A stretch of 64,000 nucleotides of DNA. Origin: Bacteroidota bacterium. GTDB lineage: Bacteria; Bacteroidota; Bacteroidia; Bacteroidales; JAHJDW01. The notes under the pieces are model-generated. The model did no database searches. It had not been told where the DNA came from and saw nothing but the letters and a program-made list of their open reading frames with translations. Position 1 is the stretch's first letter; the number at the start of each line of letters is the position of its first letter. The stretch covers positions 9,232-73,231 of the forward strand of contig JBAXGW010000006.1 of assembly GCA_037139195.1 (NCBI GenBank), in the 5' to 3' direction. The translations under genes and the position numbers were made by a program. Of this stretch, positions 13,501 to 22,230 are shown in pieces.

Positions 13501-16500
13501 GTCTAATATTGCAAGCTTAGCTTGTTTAGTATTAATAAACGCAGGAACGAATACTATAACATACAATAATATTGGCAATTCTACAACAGACAATATTACT
13601 TTGTTAGATGATAATCGATTAACAGGGATTTATGTTTTAGATTGTGCATCAGCAACTCAAACAATCACTAATAATACTATTCAGGGGCTTACCCAAACAG
13701 CAGGTGCTGGAACTGATAAAGAACTTGTAGGTATTGAATATAATGACTATAACACTGATTTTAATATTAACAATAATACAATTACAAACTTTAATTCAAC
13801 TTCAACTGATGTGTATGGCACTCAAGGCATTGTAGTTTCTACTAGCACATCCCCAACTACTGCAACTGTTAATTCTAATGTTATATCAAATTTAAATAAC
13901 ACATCTTCTGCTGGTATTCCACATGTAGAAGGAATTAAGATAGGTGCTGTTGGTGTTACAGTTAGCAAAAATAAAATTTCAGGGTTAACAAGCACAAGGC
14001 TAACATGTTATTTAATAGGTATTGAAGCTTCACATGTAGTTGGAACAGCTTCTAATTATATAAATAACTATATTGCTATAAGTAATGGAGCAAATACTTG
14101 TGATGTATATATATATGGAATAAAATTTAGTGGTGGAGATTTTAAAGCGTATTATAATACTATCAACATTTCTGGCACAGAAACAGGAGGTATTTATAGC
14201 GAAGCTGCTCTAATTTATTCTTCTGCAGGAGGCTCAGTTGATGCAAGAAATAATATTTTTCTAAATACTCGTTCAGGTGGAACAGGTTCTCATTTTGCTG
14301 TTGAGGTGCCAAGTCTCTCTGGTGGAGCTGCAATTACAGCTGATTATAATTTTATTTCAGCAACTACAGTTGCTCAAACTGGAAAATGGGGTGCGACAGT
14401 TAAAACCTATGCTGAAACTAATACACTTTTGAGCGCAACACATACAACTACAGGATCAATTACCGTTAATTCTGATGCTTCTTTAAGTAGTACTGATTTA
14501 TCTACTGTTGGAACTGGCGCAAATTTAAGTGCTATTTCAGGTTGTACTGATGATATTAATGGAACAGTTGGTAATCGTTCTGTTGCTAATGGTGGTGTAG
14601 GTGTTAAAGGCTGTTACGAATCTGCTCAAACTTTTATTTGGGATGGTAGTTCAAGTAGCGATTGGAAAACGGCTGCAAACTGGACGTCTAATTCTGTTCC
14701 TACTAGTTCCAATGGTGCTATAATACCCACAAGTGCTAGTTATACAAATGCCCCAATTATTGATGAAGCAGATGCTGTTTGTGCTAATCTAGAGTTACAA
14801 GGTACTGCTATTCTTACAATGCAATCGGGCAAATTAACGGTAAGTGGAACTCTTATTATTGCTAGTACTAGCGAACTGCAATTTGATGGTGGTGAATTAG
14901 AGGGTTCTGGAAAATTTGATTGGGATGGTCTTGTAGATTTAAATTCAGGAACATTAGATATAAATGCTGAAATAGAACTTTCTGCTACTATGACTGAAGA
15001 AGTTTCAGGCGGTACTATTGAATGTGCTGGAGAATGGGATGGGGCAAGCGATGATGGTGGCTTTACACCTTCTGGCGGAACTATTACTATGGATGGTGCT
15101 GCATCTTCAAATATAGGCTTGCATTCGAGTGCAAATTTTTATAATTTAACTATCGATCGCTCAGGGCAAACACTTACTCAAACTACAGGACTCAATGTTC
15201 TAGGTAACCTAACTATTACAAATGGAACATTAGATGCTTCAGCTTCAAACTATGGTTTAAACGTTGCAGGTAATTGGTCGAATGCAGGAACATATACATC
15301 TCAAAGCGGCACAGTTACTTTTAATGGAGCAGTCGCACAAACTGTTACTACTGGTGGCTCGGGTGTAGGAAAACGTTTTTACAATCTTACAATTAATAAT
15401 TCCTATGGCACTCCTGATAACACAAATGATGTAGATGCAGATGCTATTTATGTTAGTAATACGCTGACTGTTACTGATGGTCAATTTCAACCTGCAACAG
15501 CATCCTATTTTAAAGATATTACTATTGATGCCGCAGGTATTTTAAAGCCAGACGCAAGTGCTACGATGTACGTTTCAGGTAACTGGACGAACTCAGCTGG
15601 TGGAACTTTTACTGCAAATTCTGGAACTGTTGAGTTTAATGGCACATCAACTATAATAACTGGTGGAAGTGGTACTTCCGAACTTTTTTATAATTTTATT
15701 TTAAATGGTACTAGTGCTACCTTATCTACAAATGCATTGAATGTTAATTATGATTTAACTTTAACTGCTGGTGAATTTAATAGTGCCAATAGAACTGTTT
15801 ATGTAGGTCATAATTGGGTTAATAATGCAACTTATACATCAGGCACAAGCACAGTGCAGTTCTTTAGAAGTTTGAATAGTGTTGTAAGTGGAAGTAGTAC
15901 AACCAGCTTTTATGAATTGCAAGTTGATAAAGGTTCCGATTTAACCTATTCTGTGGATATTAGTGTTCCATGTAATATCACTTATAATGCAGTGTATACC
16001 AATGGGAAAATTGTTTATAATAACGCTTCAATTTCGGTTATTGACAAAATTAATCCTACATCTGATGTTGCTGCAACAGCAGGATTCCATCTTATAAATG
16101 GAGTATACGATGCCAGACATGCTACTTGGCTTTTTAATAACGAAGGTTATGTTCGGATTTCGGGTGGTACTGCCTATTTCGCAACATCGGCTGATAAAGG
16201 GTTTAAAAATGATGTTGCAACGTCAGTTTATATACAAGATGGCGGAACGGTATATATAGCAGGGAAATTTGATGGAATTGCTGGAAGTGCAACTATGTCA
16301 GCGGGAACAATGGTTGTTAATCAATCAGGAGTTAACGAAGCTAGTTATGGAACTTTCGATGCAAGTACTAATTTAAATCTTAATATTTCAGGTGGAACAA
16401 TAATATTAGAATCGCCAAATGCTAACGCTGGTGGTTACGATATTAATATTGTTGCTGGTGGCACAAAAACTATTACTGGCGGAACCTTCCAAATCGGAAA

Positions 16501-18112
16501 TGCCTCCACTGGTTCTAGTAAAACATTTAAAATCAACAGCGATATTTCTTTGTATAATTTAACCGTTAATTCAACAAATACACCTGCTACACAGTTGTCA
16601 AAGAATCTATCATTAGGAAATAATTTAACTAATGCAGGAGCGGTTACGGTTTCAACTTATACGCTAAATGTTGCAAATAATTATTCTGGAGCAGGAACGC
16701 TTACTGTCTCAACTGGAATTATAAATGTAGATGGCGGATTTGATGCTACTGGAGGAGCTATTACTGCTACTGATGCAGCTGCAATCAACTTAGCAGGAAC
16801 AACTATTACAAGTTTGGGTACTTATGCATATTCAACTAGTACAGTAACTTTGGATGGTGCCAGTCAGTCATTTCCAGCTGCAACAGTATATAATTTAACC
16901 AGTTCAGGTTCAGGAACTAAAACACTTGGTGGAGCTGTTAATGTTAGAAATACACTTAATTTTGCTGCAGATAGTAAAGTTGCAACTGGTGCAAACACTT
17001 TAACTATTGGTGTTTCGGGTAGCTCAAATGGCAGTATCACTGGACAGAGTTCAGCTCGATACATTATAGCCTATGATAATTCGGGTACTATTGGTTATTT
17101 GAAAAGGTTTGTTACATCTAATTCTACTTATTTATATCCTATTGGAGATGCTTCACACTATACTCCACTTACTTTTACTCTTAACAGTAGTGCTGGTTTA
17201 TCTAGTGCAGATTTAACTGTATACACTAAAGCAGAGAAAGTTACAGGAATGAATGTATCAATTACAAATTATATTGATAGGTTTTGGCGCTATACTCAAT
17301 CAGGTATGACAACCCCAAACTATGATTTAACATTAGTTTATGATGATGCCGATATTCATTCTGGAACTACTGAGACAACTTTGCTCCCTATAAAAAAGAG
17401 CGGAAGTGTATGGTATGTTCCAACTTCTTCTACACTTTTAACTGGAGTTACTAAAGAGGGAAATACCACAGGCACGGATTATAATACAAATACCTTAAAA
17501 TGGAATGGACTTTCAACTTTCAGCGATGCTGGTGGTGCAGGCGATCAAAGTGTTATATTGCCTATTACACTATTGTCTTTTAATGCTAATTGCAATGAAT
17601 ACACTGCTGAATTAGATTGGAAAACGGCATCTGAAACGAACAATAATTTTTTCACAGTTGAACGTAGTTACGATATGCAGTTATGGGATATAGTTGGTAC
17701 GGTTAATTCTCAAGGAAATTCAAGCACTGTTCAATCGTATCAACTTTCGGATAATACAGTAGATTTTAATAATCCTACCATATTTTATCGTTTAAAACAA
17801 ACTGATTTCGATGGACAGTTTGAATTTTTCAATCCAATAGCTTTAAATTGCAATGATAAAGAATCATTTGAAATAATCTCAGTTGAAAAAGAGGGCTCAA
17901 ATATTACAATTAACTACAAAGGAATTATTGATGAAAGTATCAGTATAATGCTTTACACTGTTGCAGGTCAGAAAATATTTGATAAAAATATTATCTCGAA
18001 AAAAGGCACAAATAAATATTATATAAGAGATATTGATTTAAAACCTGGCGTTTACATGTTGATGTTGGAAACTACAGATAAGGTTTTATCAAAAAAGATT
18101 GTCTTAAAATAA
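7547..18112 (+). CDS. Giant (~3520 aa) T9SS-secreted surface protein, paralog of the upstream gene
   Basis: ATG at 7547 gives a signal peptide (MKKHILYSILLIVLLLFYSKINA), preferred over the TTG at 7505. Contains GGAV/GGAI beta-helix repeats, choice-of-anchor-Q-like D..R...DIGCYE motifs, LPITLLSF and a CTD. Confidence 0.85.
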   Translation: MKKHILYSILLIVLLLFYSKINAANYYITTTGSDAATGLVGFPKATLASVFSTYNLAAGDIINIAAGTYTEKDITIGTDDEGFTILGAGIGSTIFDSDQTGRWLIFNNANNDNITVQGITVKDYKSSGAGGGAVYMLSGTNGNAFTSIRFENCDTPAGYDGGAVYLDGNTIAFTGCTFTGCDAPNSGVSGGYGGAIYMSNTAAVTITISKCIFSSNSSRYGSAIGAYTGSMVLTMTITNSLFYKNNSTSNGTIYVESPRWSAVDIINTTIAYNTSTGNAGYISYATYAQAMSTLTNVLGYQNTGYDYYNMGIEPTIPLNNCYYETVSSFFTSTSCVVGGTPSFTDNSTDNYTLLTGSSCKNTGTASGAPSDDLLSATRDATPDIGCYEYIPTTYYSKNGVAPNLITSWNSNRDGTSGSAPTNFTTGEIFVVQGTASGYGGAHTMTTSATWTVSGTGSKVVIEGGGTLQADHLITLAAATTFQMDASATYIHNHTTAAAPTFAGTESFNSAAVIEVKNCQTTAGEVLTWSAACTGGFPSINWNITAGNNTAYLWSATSTSTITINGYLTITKTGTSGSVALASNKDLQVLNVSGNFSVLAGTFYLQSTATSVTGTMSVTGNISVSSGATFDISPAGTGTMNLNVGGNFTAAASSFKSTSIAATLVFNKSGTQTWSAPDNYNIATATINSGSTVQLLSDFRLSKTGADFVVSNGATLVFGTGSIDQTNSFRVKVNPGGAGTETFTVAAGGTLKITSPDGIVESQTTGNVLSGSGSASYYSWNQGAYYHYIGDAAQTTGTALPTTLTATGGLVINNTQAINSTNTGVTLSQATTVSTGTVILTAGILTTGSTPLLTITNTSTSAISNGSASAYVNGPIKWTMASAAGGTGGTYIFPTGKGGNYYPLTIAATTNTSQAPTVEAFSSDCYGTPPSTHHLSMTEYWKVIYSAGAMTAGTVKIQRPSALGGLNEVLTCATSNGSYATLNGSTSGTSITSTTVGTVTGLTKYYVMGSTSCPSYSGTITVGPTGTFPDLTQAIINLTSCGYTGNIILSLQSNYTSASETFPITFGSGLGSGAAKTITVQPGAAQATSISGSNSGGSIIVIDNANYITIEGRQLSGDGVTSYLTVSNTAAAAASNRAILIQNNASNNTIKYSTVKADNSSTTAPTAGVLFMGVGASGNNTISINNCTLTYATASTACLIVSNNTTGTNTSCTISTNTIKDFTNYGIWGNTGVSAFTISTNQIYQSAAAYSTSTVGTYLVYLNSGTSHDINGNYLGGAGSNCSSADYFTVNANGNIYGVYFGSITGAGTNYIRNNTIKYLKSASTSAACAAAGIYVNNPTSATLYITKNTIAYINTSSSSTSSVHYSVGIVSVGTCSSLSLYVNKNTVRDIENGMGGSSSAYLYGIDFGTATSTTVSYFYNNYINLDYGANSCRLYGIKASAASSVFNNTIYVRSTGASNYDNYCLQIGGTVNNTIKNNIFINPSSTAGTTTFAATIYVNGTGGTLTSTNNYFQYTGTSSTCVNKNGTAKDYATWDSETEANGQNNTDVTLNSIGKSSPVSGRTQNLGADLRAATPAVSEDIIDFSRSDATPSIGCYEHNCTTSYSDAINGGPYYIGTTGTWTSLTAALFDLKLCMTGATTLELQSSYTDASETFPIDFSNLPTDAVITLTIRPKSDATGLVISETNATAIIDYNNVDYVTIDGRPGGAGITSQLTIENSNTGAPVVRFINDATNNKLKYCTVSGSYSTGSTILFSTTTQTSGNDANTISNNTIQKYSGQNHKYAIYSAGTAAKTNDGNIITDNKIVDFKTSGVAVSSESDAWTISGNSFYQTGSQTPSEDFYVININAGSGYSVTNNFIGGQAITCGGSAMTIATSVYEFYGITFGASCSGGSTNVVSANTISNIAFTTTTTAATSFIALNLNGSSNFTVGSNSNANIIGANSGTGSISITDNGSGANGMYMIYMNSSGSNNISYNTIGSISLAGSNIASLACLVLINAGTNTITYNNIGNSTTDNITLLDDNRLTGIYVLDCASATQTITNNTIQGLTQTAGAGTDKELVGIEYNDYNTDFNINNNTITNFNSTSTDVYGTQGIVVSTSTSPTTATVNSNVISNLNNTSSAGIPHVEGIKIGAVGVTVSKNKISGLTSTRLTCYLIGIEASHVVGTASNYINNYIAISNGANTCDVYIYGIKFSGGDFKAYYNTINISGTETGGIYSEAALIYSSAGGSVDARNNIFLNTRSGGTGSHFAVEVPSLSGGAAITADYNFISATTVAQTGKWGATVKTYAETNTLLSATHTTTGSITVNSDASLSSTDLSTVGTGANLSAISGCTDDINGTVGNRSVANGGVGVKGCYESAQTFIWDGSSSSDWKTAANWTSNSVPTSSNGAIIPTSASYTNAPIIDEADAVCANLELQGTAILTMQSGKLTVSGTLIIASTSELQFDGGELEGSGKFDWDGLVDLNSGTLDINAEIELSATMTEEVSGGTIECAGEWDGASDDGGFTPSGGTITMDGAASSNIGLHSSANFYNLTIDRSGQTLTQTTGLNVLGNLTITNGTLDASASNYGLNVAGNWSNAGTYTSQSGTVTFNGAVAQTVTTGGSGVGKRFYNLTINNSYGTPDNTNDVDADAIYVSNTLTVTDGQFQPATASYFKDITIDAAGILKPDASATMYVSGNWTNSAGGTFTANSGTVEFNGTSTIITGGSGTSELFYNFILNGTSATLSTNALNVNYDLTLTAGEFNSANRTVYVGHNWVNNATYTSGTSTVQFFRSLNSVVSGSSTTSFYELQVDKGSDLTYSVDISVPCNITYNAVYTNGKIVYNNASISVIDKINPTSDVAATAGFHLINGVYDARHATWLFNNEGYVRISGGTAYFATSADKGFKNDVATSVYIQDGGTVYIAGKFDGIAGSATMSAGTMVVNQSGVNEASYGTFDASTNLNLNISGGTIILESPNANAGGYDINIVAGGTKTITGGTFQIGNASTGSSKTFKINSDISLYNLTVNSTNTPATQLSKNLSLGNNLTNAGAVTVSTYTLNVANNYSGAGTLTVSTGIINVDGGFDATGGAITATDAAAINLAGTTITSLGTYAYSTSTVTLDGASQSFPAATVYNLTSSGSGTKTLGGAVNVRNTLNFAADSKVATGANTLTIGVSGSSNGSITGQSSARYIIAYDNSGTIGYLKRFVTSNSTYLYPIGDASHYTPLTFTLNSSAGLSSADLTVYTKAEKVTGMNVSITNYIDRFWRYTQSGMTTPNYDLTLVYDDADIHSGTTETTLLPIKKSGSVWYVPTSSTLLTGVTKEGNTTGTDYNTNTLKWNGLSTFSDAGGAGDQSVILPITLLSFNANCNEYTAELDWKTASETNNNFFTVERSYDMQLWDIVGTVNSQGNSSTVQSYQLSDNTVDFNNPTIFYRLKQTDFDGQFEFFNPIALNCNDKESFEIISVEKEGSNITINYKGIIDESISIMLYTVAGQKIFDKNIISKKGTNKYYIRDIDLKPGVYMLMLETTDKVLSKKIVLK

Positions 18113-18250
18113 TAATTAAACTAATTTTTGATGCTTTTTTATTGGCACTCAAAACCAAATTGATGTAGAATGTATTTTTTGTTGATATTAGATATAAAGA
18201 CATTTAAAATATCTTTATATTTAGACTAATATATTTTAATCAATAAATTA

Positions 18251-18790
18251 ATGCACGAGCAACATCACAGAAGCTTAATAAAGGGAGCTACATGGCGTAT
18301 TATAGGCACGCTTGATACAATATTCCTTTCTTGGTTGTTTACTGGAGAAATTGGTACAGCTCTTAAAATTGGCGGAATTGAAGTTTTTACAAAGATCATT
18401 TTATTCTATATTCATGAGCGGGTTTGGTTAAGGACAAATTTTGGTCGCGAAAAAATTGTATTAGCAAATAAACATATTGTTAAAAAAGACAAACACCATA
18501 GAAGTCTTATCAAAGGGGTAAGTTGGCGAATATTTGGTACTTTAGACACAATAACTATTGCATTTTTTGTTACAGGAAATTTCACAAAAGCTTTTAGTAT
18601 AGGATTTACTGAGGTGTTTACCAAAGTATTTCTTTATTATCTTCATGAAAGAATTTGGCAAAGGCTTAAAATAGGGACTAAAGCTGATATTAAACAAGCG
18701 AAAGTTTTTACTTTGAAATATTCACAGAAAAAACGATGGATTATTTTTCAGCGAGATGCAAAATCTAGAATGCGGCTCAAAAGATCATAA
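18251..18790 (+). CDS. DUF2061 membrane protein with two tandem domains
   Basis: Two copies of HHRSLIKG..WRI.GTLDT...TG....A..IG..EVFTK..L.Y.HER.W. Confidence 0.8.
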   Translation: MHEQHHRSLIKGATWRIIGTLDTIFLSWLFTGEIGTALKIGGIEVFTKIILFYIHERVWLRTNFGREKIVLANKHIVKKDKHHRSLIKGVSWRIFGTLDTITIAFFVTGNFTKAFSIGFTEVFTKVFLYYLHERIWQRLKIGTKADIKQAKVFTLKYSQKKRWIIFQRDAKSRMRLKRS

Positions 18791-18791
18791 A

Positions 18792-18821
18792 AAAAGAGCG
18801 AAATTTCAATTTCGCTCTTTT
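18792..18821. terminator. Bidirectional intrinsic terminator between convergent genes
   Basis: Perfect inverted repeat AAAAGAGCGAAATT-TC-AATTTCGCTCTTTT. Confidence 0.8.
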
Positions 18822-18840
18822 AAAATATAATTTAAAAATG

Positions 18841-19353
18841 TTAAACCAACTTTTTAATCTCAATCAATGCTTGGTCATAATTAGCATGATTAGTAACTTC
18901 GTTTACATATTCAACATAAGTAACATTGTCATTTTTATCAATAACTACTACGCCTCTTGATAATAATCTTAATTCTTCAATTAAAAAACCATATTTAATG
19001 CCGAATTCAGTAGCAATATGGTCAGATACAGTTACAACTTTATCTATTCCGTGAGCTCCACAAAAGCGACCAAGTGCAAATGGCAAGTCACATGAAATTG
19101 TTAAAATAGCTACATTTTCTAATTCTGCTGCTTCTTTATTAAACCAACGTGTTTGTGCTTCGCAAATGCCAGTGTCTACAGATGGTACTACTGATATTAC
19201 TTTTATTTTTCCTGCAAAATCTGATAATTTAACAGGTTGAAGTTGATTGTTTAATGCTGTAAAATCTTGTGCTTTACTGCCAACTTTTGTTAATGTTCCT
19301 ACTAATGTTAAAGGATTTCCTGCAAATGTTATTACTCTTGAATGTTTTTCCAT
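18841..19353 (-). CDS. tpx: Thiol peroxidase (atypical 2-Cys peroxiredoxin)
   Basis: VVPSVDTGIC...QTR, ISCDLPFALGRFC, LLSRGVVVID motifs. Confidence 0.93.
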   Translation of the reverse strand: MEKHSRVITFAGNPLTLVGTLTKVGSKAQDFTALNNQLQPVKLSDFAGKIKVISVVPSVDTGICEAQTRWFNKEAAELENVAILTISCDLPFALGRFCGAHGIDKVVTVSDHIATEFGIKYGFLIEELRLLSRGVVVIDKNDNVTYVEYVNEVTNHANYDQALIEIKKLV

Positions 19354-19480
19354 AAAAAAATATGTTTTAAAGTTTTACTGATACAATTTACAAATAAATT
19401 TTAAGTCTTCATAATTTTTTTATGCTAAATATTGATAACTTGTACTAAATTTATAGTTTATTATAAATAAAATATTTAAT

Positions 19481-21346
19481 ATGAAATTCAGAGGTTTAGC
19501 TTCGTTTGTTGATTTTTTGGAAAATAAAAATGAGTTGAAAAGGATTAAATTATATGTAAATCCTGATTTAGAGATTACAGAAATTTATGAGAGAATAATT
19601 AAAAATGAAGGTCCTGCGCTGCTTTTTGATAATAACGGAACAAAATTTCCTCTTTTAATAAATATGTTTGGTTCAAATAAACGAATCTGCTATGCTTTAA
19701 ATGTTTCTGATTTGGATGATATTGGAAATAAAATTGAAAATATATTTAAAGAATTTGTGTCTCCCAAGGAAACTTTATTTGACAAATTAAAAATGCTTCC
19801 TAAGTTAGCTCAGGTATCATCATTTATGCCAAGTAAAATCAAAGGAAAGGGAGAATGCCACGATAATATAATAATGAATCCCAGCTTAGATATTTTGCCA
19901 GTTCTTAAATGTTGGCCTTTTGATGGAGGGAAATTTATTACTTTACCACTTGTTCATACAATTGACCCTGAAACGAATAATCAAAATGTAGGTATGTATC
20001 GCATGCAAATTATTGATGATAAAACCACAGGGATGCATTGGCACATTCATAAAACTGGAGCAAAGCATTTTGATATATATAAAAAGTTAGGTATTAAAAT
20101 GCCTGTAAGTGTTGTTTTAGGGGGCGACCCTGTTTATACTTATTCAGCTACTGCACCATTGCCAGATAATGTTGATGAGTATATTTTAGCTGGATTTTTA
20201 AGAGAAAAAAGTGTTGAATTGGTTAAATGCATCACTAACGATTTAATGGTTCCAGCCGATTCAGATTTTGTAATTGAGGGCTATGTCGACCCATCTGAAG
20301 AATTGTTTTTCGAAGGTCCTTTTGGAGATCATACTGGATATTATTCATTACCCGATTTTTACCCTAAATTTCATGTTACATGTATAACTCACAAAAACAA
20401 TGCGGTGTTCCCAGCTACAATTGTTGGGGTGCCTCCTCAGGAAGATGCCTATCTGGGATTAGCAACCGAACGGTTATTTATTAAACCTATTCAGCTTTCT
20501 ATGCTTCCCGAGTTGCTTGATATGTATTTGCCTAATGAGGGTGGTTTTCATAATATTGCAGTTGTTAAAATTAATAAAATGTATCCTGGTCATGCACAAA
20601 AAATAATGAATTCATTGTGGGGTGCAGGTCAAATGATGTTTAATAAAATAATGATTATTGTTGATGAAGATTTTGATATTAAAAACCCAGAATTGTTGAT
20701 GAAAGTAATTGTAAACAATGTCAATATAGAATCAGATATTCTTATAAACAAAGGTCCGAGTGATGTTTTAGACCATGCATCGTATCAATTTGCCTATGGG
20801 GGTAAGATTGGAATTGATGCAACCAAAAAGTTTTCTACCCGATTAGTTGATGATAATGAAATTTCAATATCTAATATAACTTATGGTCTGATAATTGATG
20901 AGCGTTACCTAAAATATGGGGTATTAATTGTTATTTCAGAATCTAATTCAAGTATCGAAATTAAAGATCTTAAAAAACGTCTTGAAAATTCAGATTTATC
21001 AAATATCAATTCAGTTTTATTAGTTAACTCAGACATGCTTTTAGGGAATGATAATTTATTTATATGGCGTTTATCAAATAATTTTGATCCTGCAATTGAT
21101 GTTCAAATTGTCGTATCAACAAACAATGAAAAAATTCTATTGATAAATGCTTGTGCTAAGAATATTGACAATAATTTCAGAAGAGATTGGCCAAATATTG
21201 TAGTATCAAATGCAGAAACAATAAATAGAATTGATAAAATTTGGTCTGATTTGAAGATAGGCGATTTTATTGAATCTCCTTCATTGCAATTTGTTGAAAA
21301 ATCAAATATTGATTCAGCATTTCAAAACATTTTTAATCATGAGTAA
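19481..21346 (+). CDS. UbiD-family decarboxylase, menaquinone-biosynthesis (futalosine pathway) type
   Basis: CWPFDGGKFITLP, NVGMYR, EGPFGDHTGYY, GVPPQED, LDHA...GGKIGIDAT motifs. Confidence 0.85.
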   Translation: MKFRGLASFVDFLENKNELKRIKLYVNPDLEITEIYERIIKNEGPALLFDNNGTKFPLLINMFGSNKRICYALNVSDLDDIGNKIENIFKEFVSPKETLFDKLKMLPKLAQVSSFMPSKIKGKGECHDNIIMNPSLDILPVLKCWPFDGGKFITLPLVHTIDPETNNQNVGMYRMQIIDDKTTGMHWHIHKTGAKHFDIYKKLGIKMPVSVVLGGDPVYTYSATAPLPDNVDEYILAGFLREKSVELVKCITNDLMVPADSDFVIEGYVDPSEELFFEGPFGDHTGYYSLPDFYPKFHVTCITHKNNAVFPATIVGVPPQEDAYLGLATERLFIKPIQLSMLPELLDMYLPNEGGFHNIAVVKINKMYPGHAQKIMNSLWGAGQMMFNKIMIIVDEDFDIKNPELLMKVIVNNVNIESDILINKGPSDVLDHASYQFAYGGKIGIDATKKFSTRLVDDNEISISNITYGLIIDERYLKYGVLIVISESNSSIEIKDLKKRLENSDLSNINSVLLVNSDMLLGNDNLFIWRLSNNFDPAIDVQIVVSTNNEKILLINACAKNIDNNFRRDWPNIVVSNAETINRIDKIWSDLKIGDFIESPSLQFVEKSNIDSAFQNIFNHE

Positions 21347-21698
21347 TATTTTTTTGATAGCTGCAATTTTAATAGCTTCATTTTTCTTTATTTCTGTTTT
21401 ATTATTTAGCTCATGGTGGCAAATTTATACCAAAGCAAACAAAAAAGGGTGGGCTATATTATTACCTATTTATAATGTTCTAATAATGTGTTCAATTGCT
21501 AAAAAGCCTTGGTGGTGGATTTTTCTCTTGATGATTCCAGGTGTAAACATAGTTTTATATATTATTATTTTGTATAATATTTCTAAAAATTTTTCTAAAA
21601 ACCACTTTTTTACAGCAGGAATGGTGCTTTTGCCTTTTGTTTTTATTCCTATTTTAGCTTTTGGAAATGCTATATATATCGATAATGCTATTGTTTAG
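21339..21698 (+). CDS. DUF5684-like small membrane protein
   Basis: W.IY.KA.KKGWA.L.PIYN...KPWWWI.L..IP.VN motif. ATG 21339 overlaps the end of the ubiD-like gene. Confidence 0.7.
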   Translation: MSNIFLIAAILIASFFFISVLLFSSWWQIYTKANKKGWAILLPIYNVLIMCSIAKKPWWWIFLLMIPGVNIVLYIIILYNISKNFSKNHFFTAGMVLLPFVFIPILAFGNAIYIDNAIV

Positions 21699-21755
21699 TA
21701 AAAATTTTAAACGCTTGTACTTGAAGTAAATAATACAAACTTAATACAACATATT

Positions 21756-22100
21756 ATGAATAAATATTTTTTTATTTTATCAATAATTTTAAGCTTTGCT
21801 TTTTCAAAAAACACTTTAGCCCAGAAAGTATTTATTACTGATGCTGACTATAAAGCAGATGTTAAAGTTTATGTGGTTGATGCCGACTACAAAGCAGATT
21901 TGCTTGTTTATAAAGTGGACGCTGATTACAAAGCAACTGATAACAAGGGTTTATGGTTCTTTGTTGATGCCGATTATAAGGCGAAAAAGAAAGTTTATTT
22001 TGTAGATGCCGATTATAAAGCAGATTTGAAAATATTTTTTGTTGAAAGTGATTATAAAGCCAAATGGAATAAACAAGAAAAAATGCACTTACTGTTTTAA
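21756..22100 (+). CDS. Secreted DUF6150-like protein with DADYKA repeats
   Basis: Signal peptide, five DADYKA repeats and one ESDYKA. Confidence 0.7.
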   Translation: MNKYFFILSIILSFAFSKNTLAQKVFITDADYKADVKVYVVDADYKADLLVYKVDADYKATDNKGLWFFVDADYKAKKKVYFVDADYKADLKIFFVESDYKAKWNKQEKMHLLF

Positions 22101-22164
22101 TTAATAATAAATAATGCAGAAAATCAGTTTGTTGCGATTTATTTTAAAATTTTCTTTTTTTTCA

Positions 22165-22190
22165 TGTACCTAAATGATAATTTTGACGTT
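22165..22190 (+). promoter_or_regulatory. Possible ECF-sigma promoter
   Basis: TGTACC-N16-CGTT, 40 bp upstream of the outer-membrane barrel gene; resembles the ECF AAC/ACC...CGT layout. Confidence 0.3.
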
Positions 22191-22230
22191 ATTATCTGTA
22201 ACGTTTTAGTTTGTAGTAATTTTTTGATAT

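Noticed and set aside
21836-22060. GATGCnGAyTAyAAAGC repeats as a CRISPR-like array
   Set aside because: They are in-frame coding repeats (DADYKA) with synonymous variation inside a signal-peptide ORF; no cas genes are present.
22174-22190. TGACGTT as a fifth WYL box
   Set aside because: Only one half-site matches and there is no -7 element at the 10-bp spacing. It fits an ECF-type -10 element better.
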